This document shows positions 28,947-38,319 of a stretch of 64,000 nucleotides of DNA, in pieces. Source of the DNA: Ferruginibacter sp. (GTDB taxonomy: Bacteria; Bacteroidota; Bacteroidia; Chitinophagales; Chitinophagaceae). Below the pieces are notes generated by a model that ran no database searches, was not told the DNA's origin, and saw only the letters and a program-made list of their open reading frames with translations. Position 1 is the stretch's first letter; each line of letters starts with the position of its first letter. A program made the position numbers and the translations under genes. Where the stretch lies: the NCBI GenBank assembly GCA_043756235.1, contig JAYURK010000172.1:6310-70309 (forward strand), given 5' to 3'.

Positions 28947-29948
28947 ATGGAATCAGCAGATGTACAGCAAAGTTTCTTTCAGCATATAAAGAATAACTTG
29001 CCTGCCCACCTTTCGTTGGTGGATGAAGTGGCTGCGCTACTTGATATAAGTAATGATAGTGCCTACCGTCGCATTCGAGGAGAAAAGCCTATTAGTTTTG
29101 AAGAATTGCAGAAATTATGCAGTCATTATAAAATTTCCCTCGACCAGTTTTTTCACCTCCAGAGTGATGCCATCATTTTTAATGGGCGGGTAAACACTGT
29201 ATCGGAAACAGTGTTTGAAGATTATCTGAAAAGCCTGTTGCAGCAGTTTCAATTAATTAATAGTTTCGAATAAAAGCATCTGTATGTTTTAATGAAAGAT
29301 ATTCCGCCTTTTGTTCATTTTCAAATTCCGGAACTGGCCAAGTTTAAATTTTATTTCTGGATGAAATCTATTCTTCATGATGAGAGATTAAAGCAGGTAA
29401 AGTTTGCCTTAGACGATCCGAGGTACGATGAAATTATTCCTCTAAGTAAAAAGGTTATTGATTCATACAATACAATACCAGTTACAGAAATATGGAACAT
29501 TGAAAGTATTAATAGTTCAATAAGACAAATAGATTTTTATCGTCAGTCTGGTATGTACAAAAATAAAGGGGATATCAAAATTTTGTATGAAAAATTGGAG
29601 GAATTGATAAACCATATTGAAAGACAGGCTGAAAGCGGCACCAAATTTTTTATTGGTTCGAAGCCCAATAGTAATGCTGCAGCTTATAACATGTTTGTAA
29701 ACGAATTGATATTGGGCGATAATACATATTTAGCCGAAATAGGTAATATGCGAATTACTTTTCTTAACCACAGTGTTTTGTATTTCGTTGGAACTCGTGA
29801 CGAACAATTTAACGACGCAATGATTAAAAACCTTGACAATCTTACAAAGAAATCTACACAATTGAGTAATTTCGGAGAGAAAGAAAGGGTAAGATTTTTT
29901 AACCGTCTCAGGGAGAAGATATATCACATGCAAGCCTCGCTCACATGA
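28947..29948 (+). pseudogene. HTH (BetR-like) transcriptional regulator split by an in-frame TAA at 29271-29273
   Basis: ORFs 28947-29273 and 29292-29948 share one frame; read-through gives ...INSFE*KHLYVLMKDIPPF...; N-terminal HTH LLDISNDSAYRRIRGEK. Confidence 0.8.
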
Positions 29949-29956
29949 CATTTGCC

Positions 29957-29964
29957 TAACTTTG
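29957..29964 (+). promoter_or_regulatory. Bacteroidota -7 promoter element for HMG-CoA lyase
   Basis: TAACTTTG 9 nt before the ATG at 29974. Confidence 0.55.
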
Positions 29965-29973
29965 TACACTTTT

Positions 29974-30855
29974 ATGATTGCACAACAAAAAATAAAACTT
30001 ATCGAATGCCCCCGTGATGCTATGCAGGGCTGGAAACATTTTATACCCACACAAAAAAAAATTGAATACATCAATGCATTATTAAAAGTTGGTTTTGATA
30101 CCATCGACTTTGGGAGTTTTGTAAGCCCAAAAGCAATACCTCAAATGGCAGATACCAGAGAAGTAATTGGTAATTTGTCCGCAGGACCCGGTGGGCAATT
30201 GGCAAACAGCAAATCAAAATTGTTAGCTATTGTGGCAAATGAAAGAGGCGCAACAGATGCCGTAGTTTATGAAGAAATTAGTTATTTAGGTTTTCCATTT
30301 TCAGTTTCTGAAACTTTTCAAAAAAGAAATACCAATTCCACCATTGAAGAATCATTACACAGGGTAGAAGAGATACAAAATCTTTGTATAAAAAATAAAA
30401 AAGAATTGGTGGTGTATATATCAATGGGTTTTGGAAATCCCTATGGAGATATTTATAACGAAGCCATTGTTTTTGACTGGGTAGATAAATTGGTGGCGAT
30501 GGATATAAAAATAATTTCACTGGCAGATACAGTTGGATTGGCAACTGCGGCGCAGGTAAAAAGTGTTACCAAATATTTAGTGGATAAATTACCTGGGGTG
30601 GAAATTGGCGTTCACCTGCATTCTACCGTAACCAACTGGAAGGAAAAAGTGGATGCTGCATTAGATGCCGGTTGCAAAAGATTTGATGGTGCCTTAAAAG
30701 GAATTGGCGGCTGCCCAATGGCCAATGACGAACTGGTAGGTAATATGGATAGCGAATTAATGATTCCCTATTTTGAAAAATTGAATTTGCTTAACCAGTT
30801 AAACAAAGATGCCCTTATGCATTGCAGCAACTTAGCTTCAGGCATATTTACCTAA
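29974..30855 (+). CDS. Hydroxymethylglutaryl-CoA lyase
   Basis: IECPRDAMQG, SFVSPKAIPQMAD, SLADTVG, HLH, GIGGCPMA. Confidence 0.92.
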   Translation: MIAQQKIKLIECPRDAMQGWKHFIPTQKKIEYINALLKVGFDTIDFGSFVSPKAIPQMADTREVIGNLSAGPGGQLANSKSKLLAIVANERGATDAVVYEEISYLGFPFSVSETFQKRNTNSTIEESLHRVEEIQNLCIKNKKELVVYISMGFGNPYGDIYNEAIVFDWVDKLVAMDIKIISLADTVGLATAAQVKSVTKYLVDKLPGVEIGVHLHSTVTNWKEKVDAALDAGCKRFDGALKGIGGCPMANDELVGNMDSELMIPYFEKLNLLNQLNKDALMHCSNLASGIFT

Positions 30856-30879
30856 TTCGTGTAATTCGTGTAATTTGTG
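30853..30879. repeat. 9-mer tandem array (TAATTCGTG)2 TAATTTGTG
   Basis: Starts on the HMG-CoA lyase stop TAA and fills the spacer up to GC-ATG of the GSCFA gene. Confidence 0.85.
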
Positions 30880-30881
30880 GC

Positions 30882-31871
30882 ATGGATTTTCATTTAGAGT
30901 TTTCTCCTAAACAATTAGCCCAAAAAATATATCACAGGCATAAATTATTGCTGATGGGCAGTTGCTTTACCGAAAACATTGGCGATAAATTAGCAGCGCA
31001 TAAATTTACTGTACTGCAAAATCCAAATGGCATTTTATTTAATCCGGTTAGTGTAAAGGCTGCGGTTGAAAATTACATAGCGGATAAAATAATTGAGGAG
31101 GACGATTTGTTTTATTTAAACGAATCTTTCCATAGCTGGCAGCACCATAGCCGTTTTTCCGGTATTACAAAAGAAGATGCGGTGTATAAAATAAATACTT
31201 CCACAAAAGCCGCTCATAATTATTTAAAAGAAACCGATTTTGTAATTATCACTTTAGGTTCGGCATGGGTGTATGCATTAACAGATAAAGCTGCTAACAA
31301 AAAATTAAATACTGTTGCGGCCAACAATCATAAAGCACCGGCAGACTGGTTTAACAGAAGATTATTATCCAGCGAAGAAGTTATCAACGAAACCGAAAGC
31401 ATTATTTCGGCATTGCAAAATTTTAATCCGCATATAAAAATAATTTTTACCATCAGCCCGGTAAGGCATTTAAGGGAAGGCTTTGTAGAAAACAACCGCA
31501 GTAAAGCGGCTTTAATAAATGCCGTGCATCTGGCAACAGAAACTTTTGAAAATGTATTTTATTTTCCTGCGTACGAACTGGTAATTGATGATTTACGGGA
31601 TTACCGTTTTTATGCAGAAGATATGGTACACCCTAATTATGCCGCTACCAATTATGTTTGGGAAAAATTTGTGGCCACTTGTATCGATGAGGCATCAAAA
31701 GAATTGATGCAGGAAATAAATGAAATAAATGCAGCATTGCATCATAAGCCATTTAATCCAACTTCGGCAGCGCACAAAGCTTTTAAATTAAAGTATTGGA
31801 ATATTATTAAAACCATGCAGCAAAAACATCCATACCTGAATCTAACAGACCAACTACAATATTTTTCTTGA
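30882..31871 (+). CDS. GSCFA domain protein (SGNH-like)
   Basis: MGSCFTE, NP.GILFNP, ITLGSAW, FTISPVRH, YFPAYE..IDDLRDYRFY..DMVHP. Confidence 0.9.
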   Translation: MDFHLEFSPKQLAQKIYHRHKLLLMGSCFTENIGDKLAAHKFTVLQNPNGILFNPVSVKAAVENYIADKIIEEDDLFYLNESFHSWQHHSRFSGITKEDAVYKINTSTKAAHNYLKETDFVIITLGSAWVYALTDKAANKKLNTVAANNHKAPADWFNRRLLSSEEVINETESIISALQNFNPHIKIIFTISPVRHLREGFVENNRSKAALINAVHLATETFENVFYFPAYELVIDDLRDYRFYAEDMVHPNYAATNYVWEKFVATCIDEASKELMQEINEINAALHHKPFNPTSAAHKAFKLKYWNIIKTMQQKHPYLNLTDQLQYFS

Positions 31872-32599
31872 TGAAAAAATTTTTGCTGTTGTTATTGGTG
31901 TTATGCGTCTTTATAGCCGAAGCCCAGCGAATTACCGACTGGCAAACTAAACAAGCTTTTACAACATCAGAAAAATATTTTACGTTTAGCCCTCTTGCAC
32001 TTGCAGAGCCGCAAATTGCTATTGGCGCAGGTTTTGGAAATCGCTTTAGCGAACGGAGTGAATATTTTACTGAGCTCTCTTATACTGCTAAACATCCATT
32101 TTATGATATGGAGGAAAAAAGCCTGCATGGTTTTCGTTTTTTGGCTCAGTACCGTTATCATTTTTTACAACGATGGAAGCCTTTAATTAATTTAGGGAAT
32201 TTTACCAGGCTAAGCAGGGAAAGAAGTGCAAGGCGTAATCCTTTTATTGGCATTGAATTCAGGTTAAAGCCTTTTAATTTTACTAATACAAGAACTTTCC
32301 TTAAGTCATCGCCACCAGATACACTTAATAGTTTTTTATACAAGGCCAATGCGGTATCTATAGGTGGAGCTCTTTTATTTGGAGAAAGCTATAATATTTC
32401 ATCAAATGGCAAATGGAAACTTGAAGTAACAGCAGGCATTGGAGGTAAAGTAAAAATTATAAAGTATAAAAATGTACCAATTGGTTATAACCCACTTTTT
32501 ATACGGGGTGGCTTTGGTTTAAAACCGCCTGCAATTGATGACGCAGTTGGTATGCCATACTTTCCCTTCTCCATAAGGTTAAAATATATGATTGAATAG
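31871..32599 (+). CDS. Hypothetical exported protein, probable outer-membrane beta-barrel
   Basis: Signal peptide MKKFLLLLLVLC..AEAQ; alternating amphipathic strands; TGATG overlap with the GSCFA stop. Confidence 0.6.
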   Translation: MKKFLLLLLVLCVFIAEAQRITDWQTKQAFTTSEKYFTFSPLALAEPQIAIGAGFGNRFSERSEYFTELSYTAKHPFYDMEEKSLHGFRFLAQYRYHFLQRWKPLINLGNFTRLSRERSARRNPFIGIEFRLKPFNFTNTRTFLKSSPPDTLNSFLYKANAVSIGGALLFGESYNISSNGKWKLEVTAGIGGKVKIIKYKNVPIGYNPLFIRGGFGLKPPAIDDAVGMPYFPFSIRLKYMIE

Positions 32600-32637
32600 A
32601 TGTGGAAAGGATTTTGTATTTATAAAATTCTAAAACC

Positions 32638-33249
32638 TCAATGTATCCTGTCGCCCCGTATCTCCGCACTTTCCATCACGCCTTTTTCAAATTGCAACCA
32701 TTCTTGCCAGCGTTTCCGTACTTTTTGTTTGGGTAAATATAATTCTGCAAGGTTTATAAATAAAGTATAATGCCCGGCTTCACTCTCCATAAATTTCCGG
32801 TAAAAATTACGCATGTATGCATCGTCTAATCCTTCACTTAATCTTTTAAAACGTTCGCAGCTTCGGGCTTCAATCAATGCCATTGTTAAAAGCCGGTCCA
32901 ATAACCGGTCTTCTACACTGCCATCTTTTTTTTGAAACTCCAGCAATTTATTTACATAAACATCTTTGCGTTGTTTGCCCAATTGCAAATTTCTTTTTTT
33001 AAGTTCGGCCAGTACCATTCTAAAATGCCCCCATTCTTCGGTAACAATTGGGGCAAGTTCATCTACCATTTCCAACCTGTCCGGGTAACGCTGTATTAAA
33101 GAAATGCAGGTAGTGGCGGCTTTTTGTTCGCAGTAGGCATGGTCGGTTAAAATTTCTTCCAGTTCTATTTCGGCAAGGTTTACCCAGCGTGGGTCGGTAG
33201 GTAATTGTAAACCTAAAATATTTTTTACATCAATGCTTTCGGTATTCAT
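32638..33249 (-). CDS. miaE: tRNA 2-methylthio-N6-isopentenyladenosine hydroxylase
   Basis: DHAYCEQKAA, EEWGHF, LIEARSCERF, SEAGHY di-iron motifs. Confidence 0.92.
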   Translation of the reverse strand: MNTESIDVKNILGLQLPTDPRWVNLAEIELEEILTDHAYCEQKAATTCISLIQRYPDRLEMVDELAPIVTEEWGHFRMVLAELKKRNLQLGKQRKDVYVNKLLEFQKKDGSVEDRLLDRLLTMALIEARSCERFKRLSEGLDDAYMRNFYRKFMESEAGHYTLFINLAELYLPKQKVRKRWQEWLQFEKGVMESAEIRGDRIH

Positions 33250-33382
33250 GTTGTAAAAATAAAAACTGTTGCATTAAAACGGCATTTATTTTTCTAACAA
33301 AAGAATGCGCAATGGCAGCTCATTTAAAATACTGTTGCCATTAATTATTTTTTATTAAATTACAGCGTTCTAAAACTACATT

Positions 33383-35839
33383 ATGAGGCTCATTCCTTTT
33401 ATTGCCACGGCAACAATTACTGTTGCGCTGGTTGTTACATTAAATACTAGACTTCCATTAGGGGGTAAAGAAGCTCCGGCATTCGGTAGTTTTTTTAGTC
33501 CGCAACATGGCTTTTGGCAAAATGCCGAAAACAATACAAAAGATTTTTCTTCCACTTTAAATTTCCCCCAATTAAATGGAAAGGTTAATGTTTATTTAGA
33601 CGATCGTTTAGTACCGCACATTTTTGCCGATGAAGAAAATGACGCTTATTTTGTACAAGGTTTTTTGCATGCTAAATTTCGGTTATGGCAAATGGAATTG
33701 CAAACATTTGCAGCTGCTGGCAGGGCCAGCGAAATTTTAGGAGAAAAAGGTTTGCCGCACGACAGGGAATTTAGAAGATTGGGAATGGTATATGCCGCAG
33801 AAATTGCAGAAAAAGAAGCGGATAAAGACCCGGTAATTAAAGCTGAATGCGATGCGTACACGGCTGGTGTAAATGCATACATAGCTTCCTTAACAGAAAG
33901 TACTTTGCCATTAGAATACAAATTGATTGGTTACAAACCCGAGCCGTGGAGTAATTTAAAAACTTCTTTATTTTTAAAATACATGAGTTACGATTTAGCA
34001 GGGCACGAAGATGATATTGAAATGACCAATGCAAAAAGTTTTTTTAGTGCAGAAGATTTTTTAAAATTATTTCCTCCAGTGCAGGATTCATTGGATCCGA
34101 TAATTCCTAAAGGCACACCCTTTCCTGTGCAAAAAATATTTCCTAAAGCACCTTTAACCGTTGATTCGGTTTATTTAAACACAAAAGAAATTGTTATTAC
34201 AGAAAATGAAAAACCCGACAGGGATAACGGCAGCAATAACTGGGCAGTAAGCGGCACAAAAACAAAAAGCGGCGCACCTATTTTATGCAACGATCCGCAT
34301 TTGGGTTTAAACCTTCCATCGCTTTGGTACGAGGTGCAAATTTCTACACCGTCATTTAATGCTTATGGTGTTTCTTTTCCCGGGGCACCGGGAGTAATTA
34401 TTGGATATAACGATAGTTGTGCCTTTGGATTTACCAATGGTGGCAGAGATGTAAGGGATTATTACGAAATACAATTTAAAGATGATACCCGTAAGGAATA
34501 TTTATTCAACGGCACTTATCATGAAACAAAATTCCGGGTAGATACTATTAAAATAAAAGGTCAGCCCAATTTTATTGATTCGGTTGCTTATGTACAATTG
34601 GGCAGCAACTGGTGTCCGGTAATGTTTGATAAAACATACAGTGGCAACAGAACCACCAACAATAAAAATTATGCAGTAAGATGGACAGCGCATGACCCCA
34701 GCAACGAACTTAAAATTTTTAACATGCTGAACCATGCAAAAAATTATGCAGATTATACTGCGGCTGTAACTAACCTGCATACACCCGGACAAAATTGTGC
34801 TTTTGCCTGTAAGAATGGCGACATTGCCCTGCGCACACAGGGCGACTGGCCGGCAAAATGGAAAGGCCAGGGAGATTTTATTATGCCGGGTATTGATACC
34901 AGTTATTTATGGCAGGGCATGATTCCGCAGGATGAAGTGCCTTTTCAATACAACCCCGAAAGAGGTTTTATCAGCAGTGCCAATCAAAAACCTGTTGACG
35001 AAACCTACCCATATTATTTGGGAAGAAATTATCCTGTTTACCGTGGTTACGAAATTAACAGGCGTTTAGCTGCAATGAGTAATATTACACCACAGGATAT
35101 GATGGCATTACAAACAGATAATTACAATGCACCTGCAGCCATGTTGATGCCGTTGTTTTTTAAAACTATAAAAGAAAATGAATTAAACAGCGACGAAAAA
35201 AAATACCTTAACCTTTTAAAGAACTGGAATTTTAGAAACGATGTGGGATCGCAGGGCGCCACAGTATTTGAATTGCTGTGGAATAATTTTCAACATGCAG
35301 TTATTGATGATGACTATTTAAAAGCTCCCAAAAAAGTGATGCATCCCGTAGAAAGTGCTTTGGTGGAAGGGATATTAAAAGATACTGCTTTTAAACTTTT
35401 GGATGATATTACTACACCGCAGGTTGAAACTATGGTGGAAGTAATTACAACCGCATTTAAAAAAACTACAATTGCTTTAAAACAAGCCGAAATAGCAGGC
35501 AAACTGGAATGGGATAAATATAAAGCAACGCATATTGATCACCTGGCAAAACTGCCTGCATTGAGCAGTAAAACTTTACCCATTGGCGGCGGTGTGCATA
35601 ATATTAATGCAACTAAAGAAACGCATGGCCCAAGCTGGCGCATGGTTATAAGCCTTACTAAACAAACTGAAGCGTATGGCGTGTACCCCGGCGGGCAAAG
35701 CGGTAACCCCGGCAGCAAATTCTATGATAATTTTATTGATCAATGGGCCGCAGGTAAATATTACAGTTTGTGGATGATGACAAAAGGGGAGGAGAAAGAT
35801 AAACGTGTAACAGGTACAATGAGTTTTAGTAAAAATTAG
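33383..35839 (+). CDS. Penicillin acylase family (Ntn hydrolase, S45)
   Basis: VPHIFA, QGFLHA..RLWQME, GSNNWAVSG beta-chain start, NDPHL, GPSWRM, PGGQSGNPGS. Confidence 0.93.
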   Translation: MRLIPFIATATITVALVVTLNTRLPLGGKEAPAFGSFFSPQHGFWQNAENNTKDFSSTLNFPQLNGKVNVYLDDRLVPHIFADEENDAYFVQGFLHAKFRLWQMELQTFAAAGRASEILGEKGLPHDREFRRLGMVYAAEIAEKEADKDPVIKAECDAYTAGVNAYIASLTESTLPLEYKLIGYKPEPWSNLKTSLFLKYMSYDLAGHEDDIEMTNAKSFFSAEDFLKLFPPVQDSLDPIIPKGTPFPVQKIFPKAPLTVDSVYLNTKEIVITENEKPDRDNGSNNWAVSGTKTKSGAPILCNDPHLGLNLPSLWYEVQISTPSFNAYGVSFPGAPGVIIGYNDSCAFGFTNGGRDVRDYYEIQFKDDTRKEYLFNGTYHETKFRVDTIKIKGQPNFIDSVAYVQLGSNWCPVMFDKTYSGNRTTNNKNYAVRWTAHDPSNELKIFNMLNHAKNYADYTAAVTNLHTPGQNCAFACKNGDIALRTQGDWPAKWKGQGDFIMPGIDTSYLWQGMIPQDEVPFQYNPERGFISSANQKPVDETYPYYLGRNYPVYRGYEINRRLAAMSNITPQDMMALQTDNYNAPAAMLMPLFFKTIKENELNSDEKKYLNLLKNWNFRNDVGSQGATVFELLWNNFQHAVIDDDYLKAPKKVMHPVESALVEGILKDTAFKLLDDITTPQVETMVEVITTAFKKTTIALKQAEIAGKLEWDKYKATHIDHLAKLPALSSKTLPIGGGVHNINATKETHGPSWRMVISLTKQTEAYGVYPGGQSGNPGSKFYDNFIDQWAAGKYYSLWMMTKGEEKDKRVTGTMSFSKN

Positions 35840-35840
35840 T

Positions 35841-35868
35841 ATTCACAATTCACAATTGACCATTCACC
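35841..35868. repeat. Degenerate 7-mer array ATTCACA ATTCACA ATTGACC ATTCACC
   Basis: Read directly in the spacer between the acylase stop and the next ATG. Confidence 0.75.
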
Positions 35869-35890
35869 TAAAAAATCAATAACTAATTAT

Positions 35891-36247
35891 ATGAAATTTT
35901 TTATTTCCCTTGTATTAACCGCTTTATTAAGTTTTGCCGCCTGTTTATATTTTCCGTGGTGGAGTATTGCCGTAGCTGCATTTATGGTAGCCGCTTTAAT
36001 TCCGCAGCATCCGGGTAAAGCTTTTGCCGCTGCCTCATTAGCATTGTTTTTATTATGGGGTGGTTTAAGTTTTTGGATAAACAGTAATAACCAACATTTA
36101 CTGGCCAGTAAGATTTCTATGTTGTTTTTTAATGTTGATAATCCGTTTTACTTAATACTGATGTCTGCCCTTATCGGAGGGTTGGTTGCGGGTTCCGCTG
36201 CTTTATGTGGAAGTTATGTGCGTAAAAATACTCCCAGCACCAATTAA
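35891..36247 (+). CDS. Small integral membrane protein, unknown function
   Basis: 118 aa, about four hydrophobic segments, FPWWSI motif. Confidence 0.75.
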   Translation: MKFFISLVLTALLSFAACLYFPWWSIAVAAFMVAALIPQHPGKAFAAASLALFLLWGGLSFWINSNNQHLLASKISMLFFNVDNPFYLILMSALIGGLVAGSAALCGSYVRKNTPSTN

Positions 36248-36436
36248 GATGTTTGCATTTTAATAAATTATAGTAATAAATATTTATTTTTTCTTATCAG
36301 TTTTTTTTAAGATTTTTGATTAATATTTGTGAATCTTTATCTTTTGCATTTCCGTAAAACCTAATCTCCTAAAATTTATTCTCAAAGGTTTTAAACCAAG
36401 CTTTAATTTTGAAATAATTAAAGTTTATGGAATATT

Positions 36437-37177
36437 ATGGTCAGAATTAAGAAGAAGTTCAGCTTTTTTAGTGTATCAGAAGTATGGTTTAAGTACAAAT
36501 TTAGTTTTGCAGATTTAGCTGGTTTTACTGCATATTTGCACGTAAAAAATTACAGGGGTAAAATTTTTGGAGTAAAGCAATTGTCATTTACGGTTGAAAA
36601 CAGGTTGGATATACCAGAGGAAGCAATATTTTTAAATTTTAGTAAAACAGTAAAAATAGAAATAAAACAGGCAGAAAAGTCAAATGTAGAATGTTATTTT
36701 AATACCGACATTAAATTTTTTTTAGAATTTTATAACAGGTTTGCAGCAACGAGGAATATTGATTTGTGCAGCGAAAAACGTTTGGTAGAAATGGGCAAGT
36801 ATTTAAAATTAAGCTATGCTGTTTATAATAATCAAACAATAGCTGCACATAGTTACATGGTTGATGAGGAAGCAGGAATTGTTCGCTTGATGCATTCAGC
36901 ATCCGAAAGGCTAAATGAAAATTATGACAAACAATTATCAGGTAAAATAAATAAATTTTTACACTACAACGATATGCTGAGCTTTAAAAAAGCCGGCTTT
37001 GCTGTTTATGATTTTGGAGGTTATACCAATAACACTGATGATAAAGGCTTAAAGGGAATAAATAATTTTAAACTTTCCTTTGGAGGAAATAAAGTGGAAT
37101 GCATTAATTACACCTCTTTCAGTTATTATCTTTTTAAAAAAATAGCAGCGATGTTAGGATTGCTGGGCAGGGGTTAA
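36437..37177 (+). CDS. FemAB-like GNAT-fold protein
   Basis: FSKTVK.EIKQAEK, FLEFYNRFA, NKFLHY.DM..FK..GF.VYDFGG, G.NNFK.SFGG. Confidence 0.75.
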   Translation: MVRIKKKFSFFSVSEVWFKYKFSFADLAGFTAYLHVKNYRGKIFGVKQLSFTVENRLDIPEEAIFLNFSKTVKIEIKQAEKSNVECYFNTDIKFFLEFYNRFAATRNIDLCSEKRLVEMGKYLKLSYAVYNNQTIAAHSYMVDEEAGIVRLMHSASERLNENYDKQLSGKINKFLHYNDMLSFKKAGFAVYDFGGYTNNTDDKGLKGINNFKLSFGGNKVECINYTSFSYYLFKKIAAMLGLLGRG

Positions 37178-37222
37178 CAAATTTAATACATTACCAGATA
37201 CAGGATAAACAGAATTTTGCAG

Positions 37223-38191
37223 ATGAATTTACTTAGAAAATATTTTTCAAAACTTTTTTTCAAACAGTTCTCCATTGGTATTTTGGAAGATGATATAGAA
37301 CAAATTATTAGACAAAAGAAAACTACCCTTTCTTTTAAATGGTTAAAACTTAATCATTATAATAATTCTATTGCGGATCCCTTTGCTTTTAGTAACAGCA
37401 AAGGCGAGCTTAAGATACTTGCTGAAATATTTACAACAGGTGAACTGGATGGTAAAATTTGCCAGCTAAGTTATGATGATGCAAAAGGCTTTTCAACTCC
37501 AGAAATAATTTTTGGAAACGGGAAACACCTTTCTTACCCATGCATTTATAAGGAAGAGAACAAAATGAATGTTTTGTTAACCGAATTAGACGGAGGGCTG
37601 ATAAATTATGAGTATAATGAAAGGGGATCTACATTAACTAATGAAAAACTAATTCTCGATCTGCCTTTAGTTGATGCCTCATTATTAAAAAAAGATGATA
37701 AATACTGGTTTTTTGGTACTTTACTTGAAAACGGATCCTCTAATAGGCTTTATATTTATTACGCTGATAATTTTTTTGGCCCATACAAATCACATGCACT
37801 CAACCCTGTAAAAAATAATTTAAACGGTTCTCGGTCTGCAGGCAATTTTATACATGTAGATGGCAGCTTTTTCAGACCTTCGCAAAATTGTAAAAATTAT
37901 TATGGGGAGTCGATTACTATAAATAAAATTGTTAAATTAAGCGAAACGGAGTTTGAAGAGGAGGAGCACATGACAATAAAAGCAAAAAATAGCGCAGAGT
38001 ACAACTTCGGCGTACATACAATAAATGCAGAGGGTAAATATGTAATTGTCGATGGGCAAAAAGGACATTTTCAACCTTTTTTACAAATATTCAGGGCAGT
38101 AAAAAGGTATTTTGACCGTAATAAAAATAAATTAACACTCACGCTATACTATATGAATGGTATAAATTTTGAAGAGTATATTGCTGTATAA
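37223..38191 (+). CDS. Glucosamine inositolphosphorylceramide transferase N-terminal-like (beta-propeller) protein
   Basis: ADPF, HLSYP, L.DA.L, H..NPV, SRSAG, FRPSQNC...YG and G.HT.N motifs. Confidence 0.75.
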   Translation: MNLLRKYFSKLFFKQFSIGILEDDIEQIIRQKKTTLSFKWLKLNHYNNSIADPFAFSNSKGELKILAEIFTTGELDGKICQLSYDDAKGFSTPEIIFGNGKHLSYPCIYKEENKMNVLLTELDGGLINYEYNERGSTLTNEKLILDLPLVDASLLKKDDKYWFFGTLLENGSSNRLYIYYADNFFGPYKSHALNPVKNNLNGSRSAGNFIHVDGSFFRPSQNCKNYYGESITINKIVKLSETEFEEEEHMTIKAKNSAEYNFGVHTINAEGKYVIVDGQKGHFQPFLQIFRAVKRYFDRNKNKLTLTLYYMNGINFEEYIAV

Positions 38192-38319
38192 GCAAAATAT
38201 CTTTCAGTTGATATTTCTATTTAAAAAAGATTGCTGCTGTTATTAAACTACTTTTTTTATTCTTCTTTTCACATAGTGGTAACAATTTCCTGCTTATTTT
38301 AGATTAAATAAAACCCTGC

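Noticed and set aside
29271-29273. Stop-codon reassignment to explain the in-frame TAA
   Set aside because: TAA, TAG and TGA all end well-conserved genes at expected positions elsewhere in the window
36246-38250. Loose similarity (AAGAT..TGC..TAAA.TA) at both flanks of the FemAB/GINT1 pair as a target duplication
   Set aside because: Too degenerate and AT-rich to distinguish from chance
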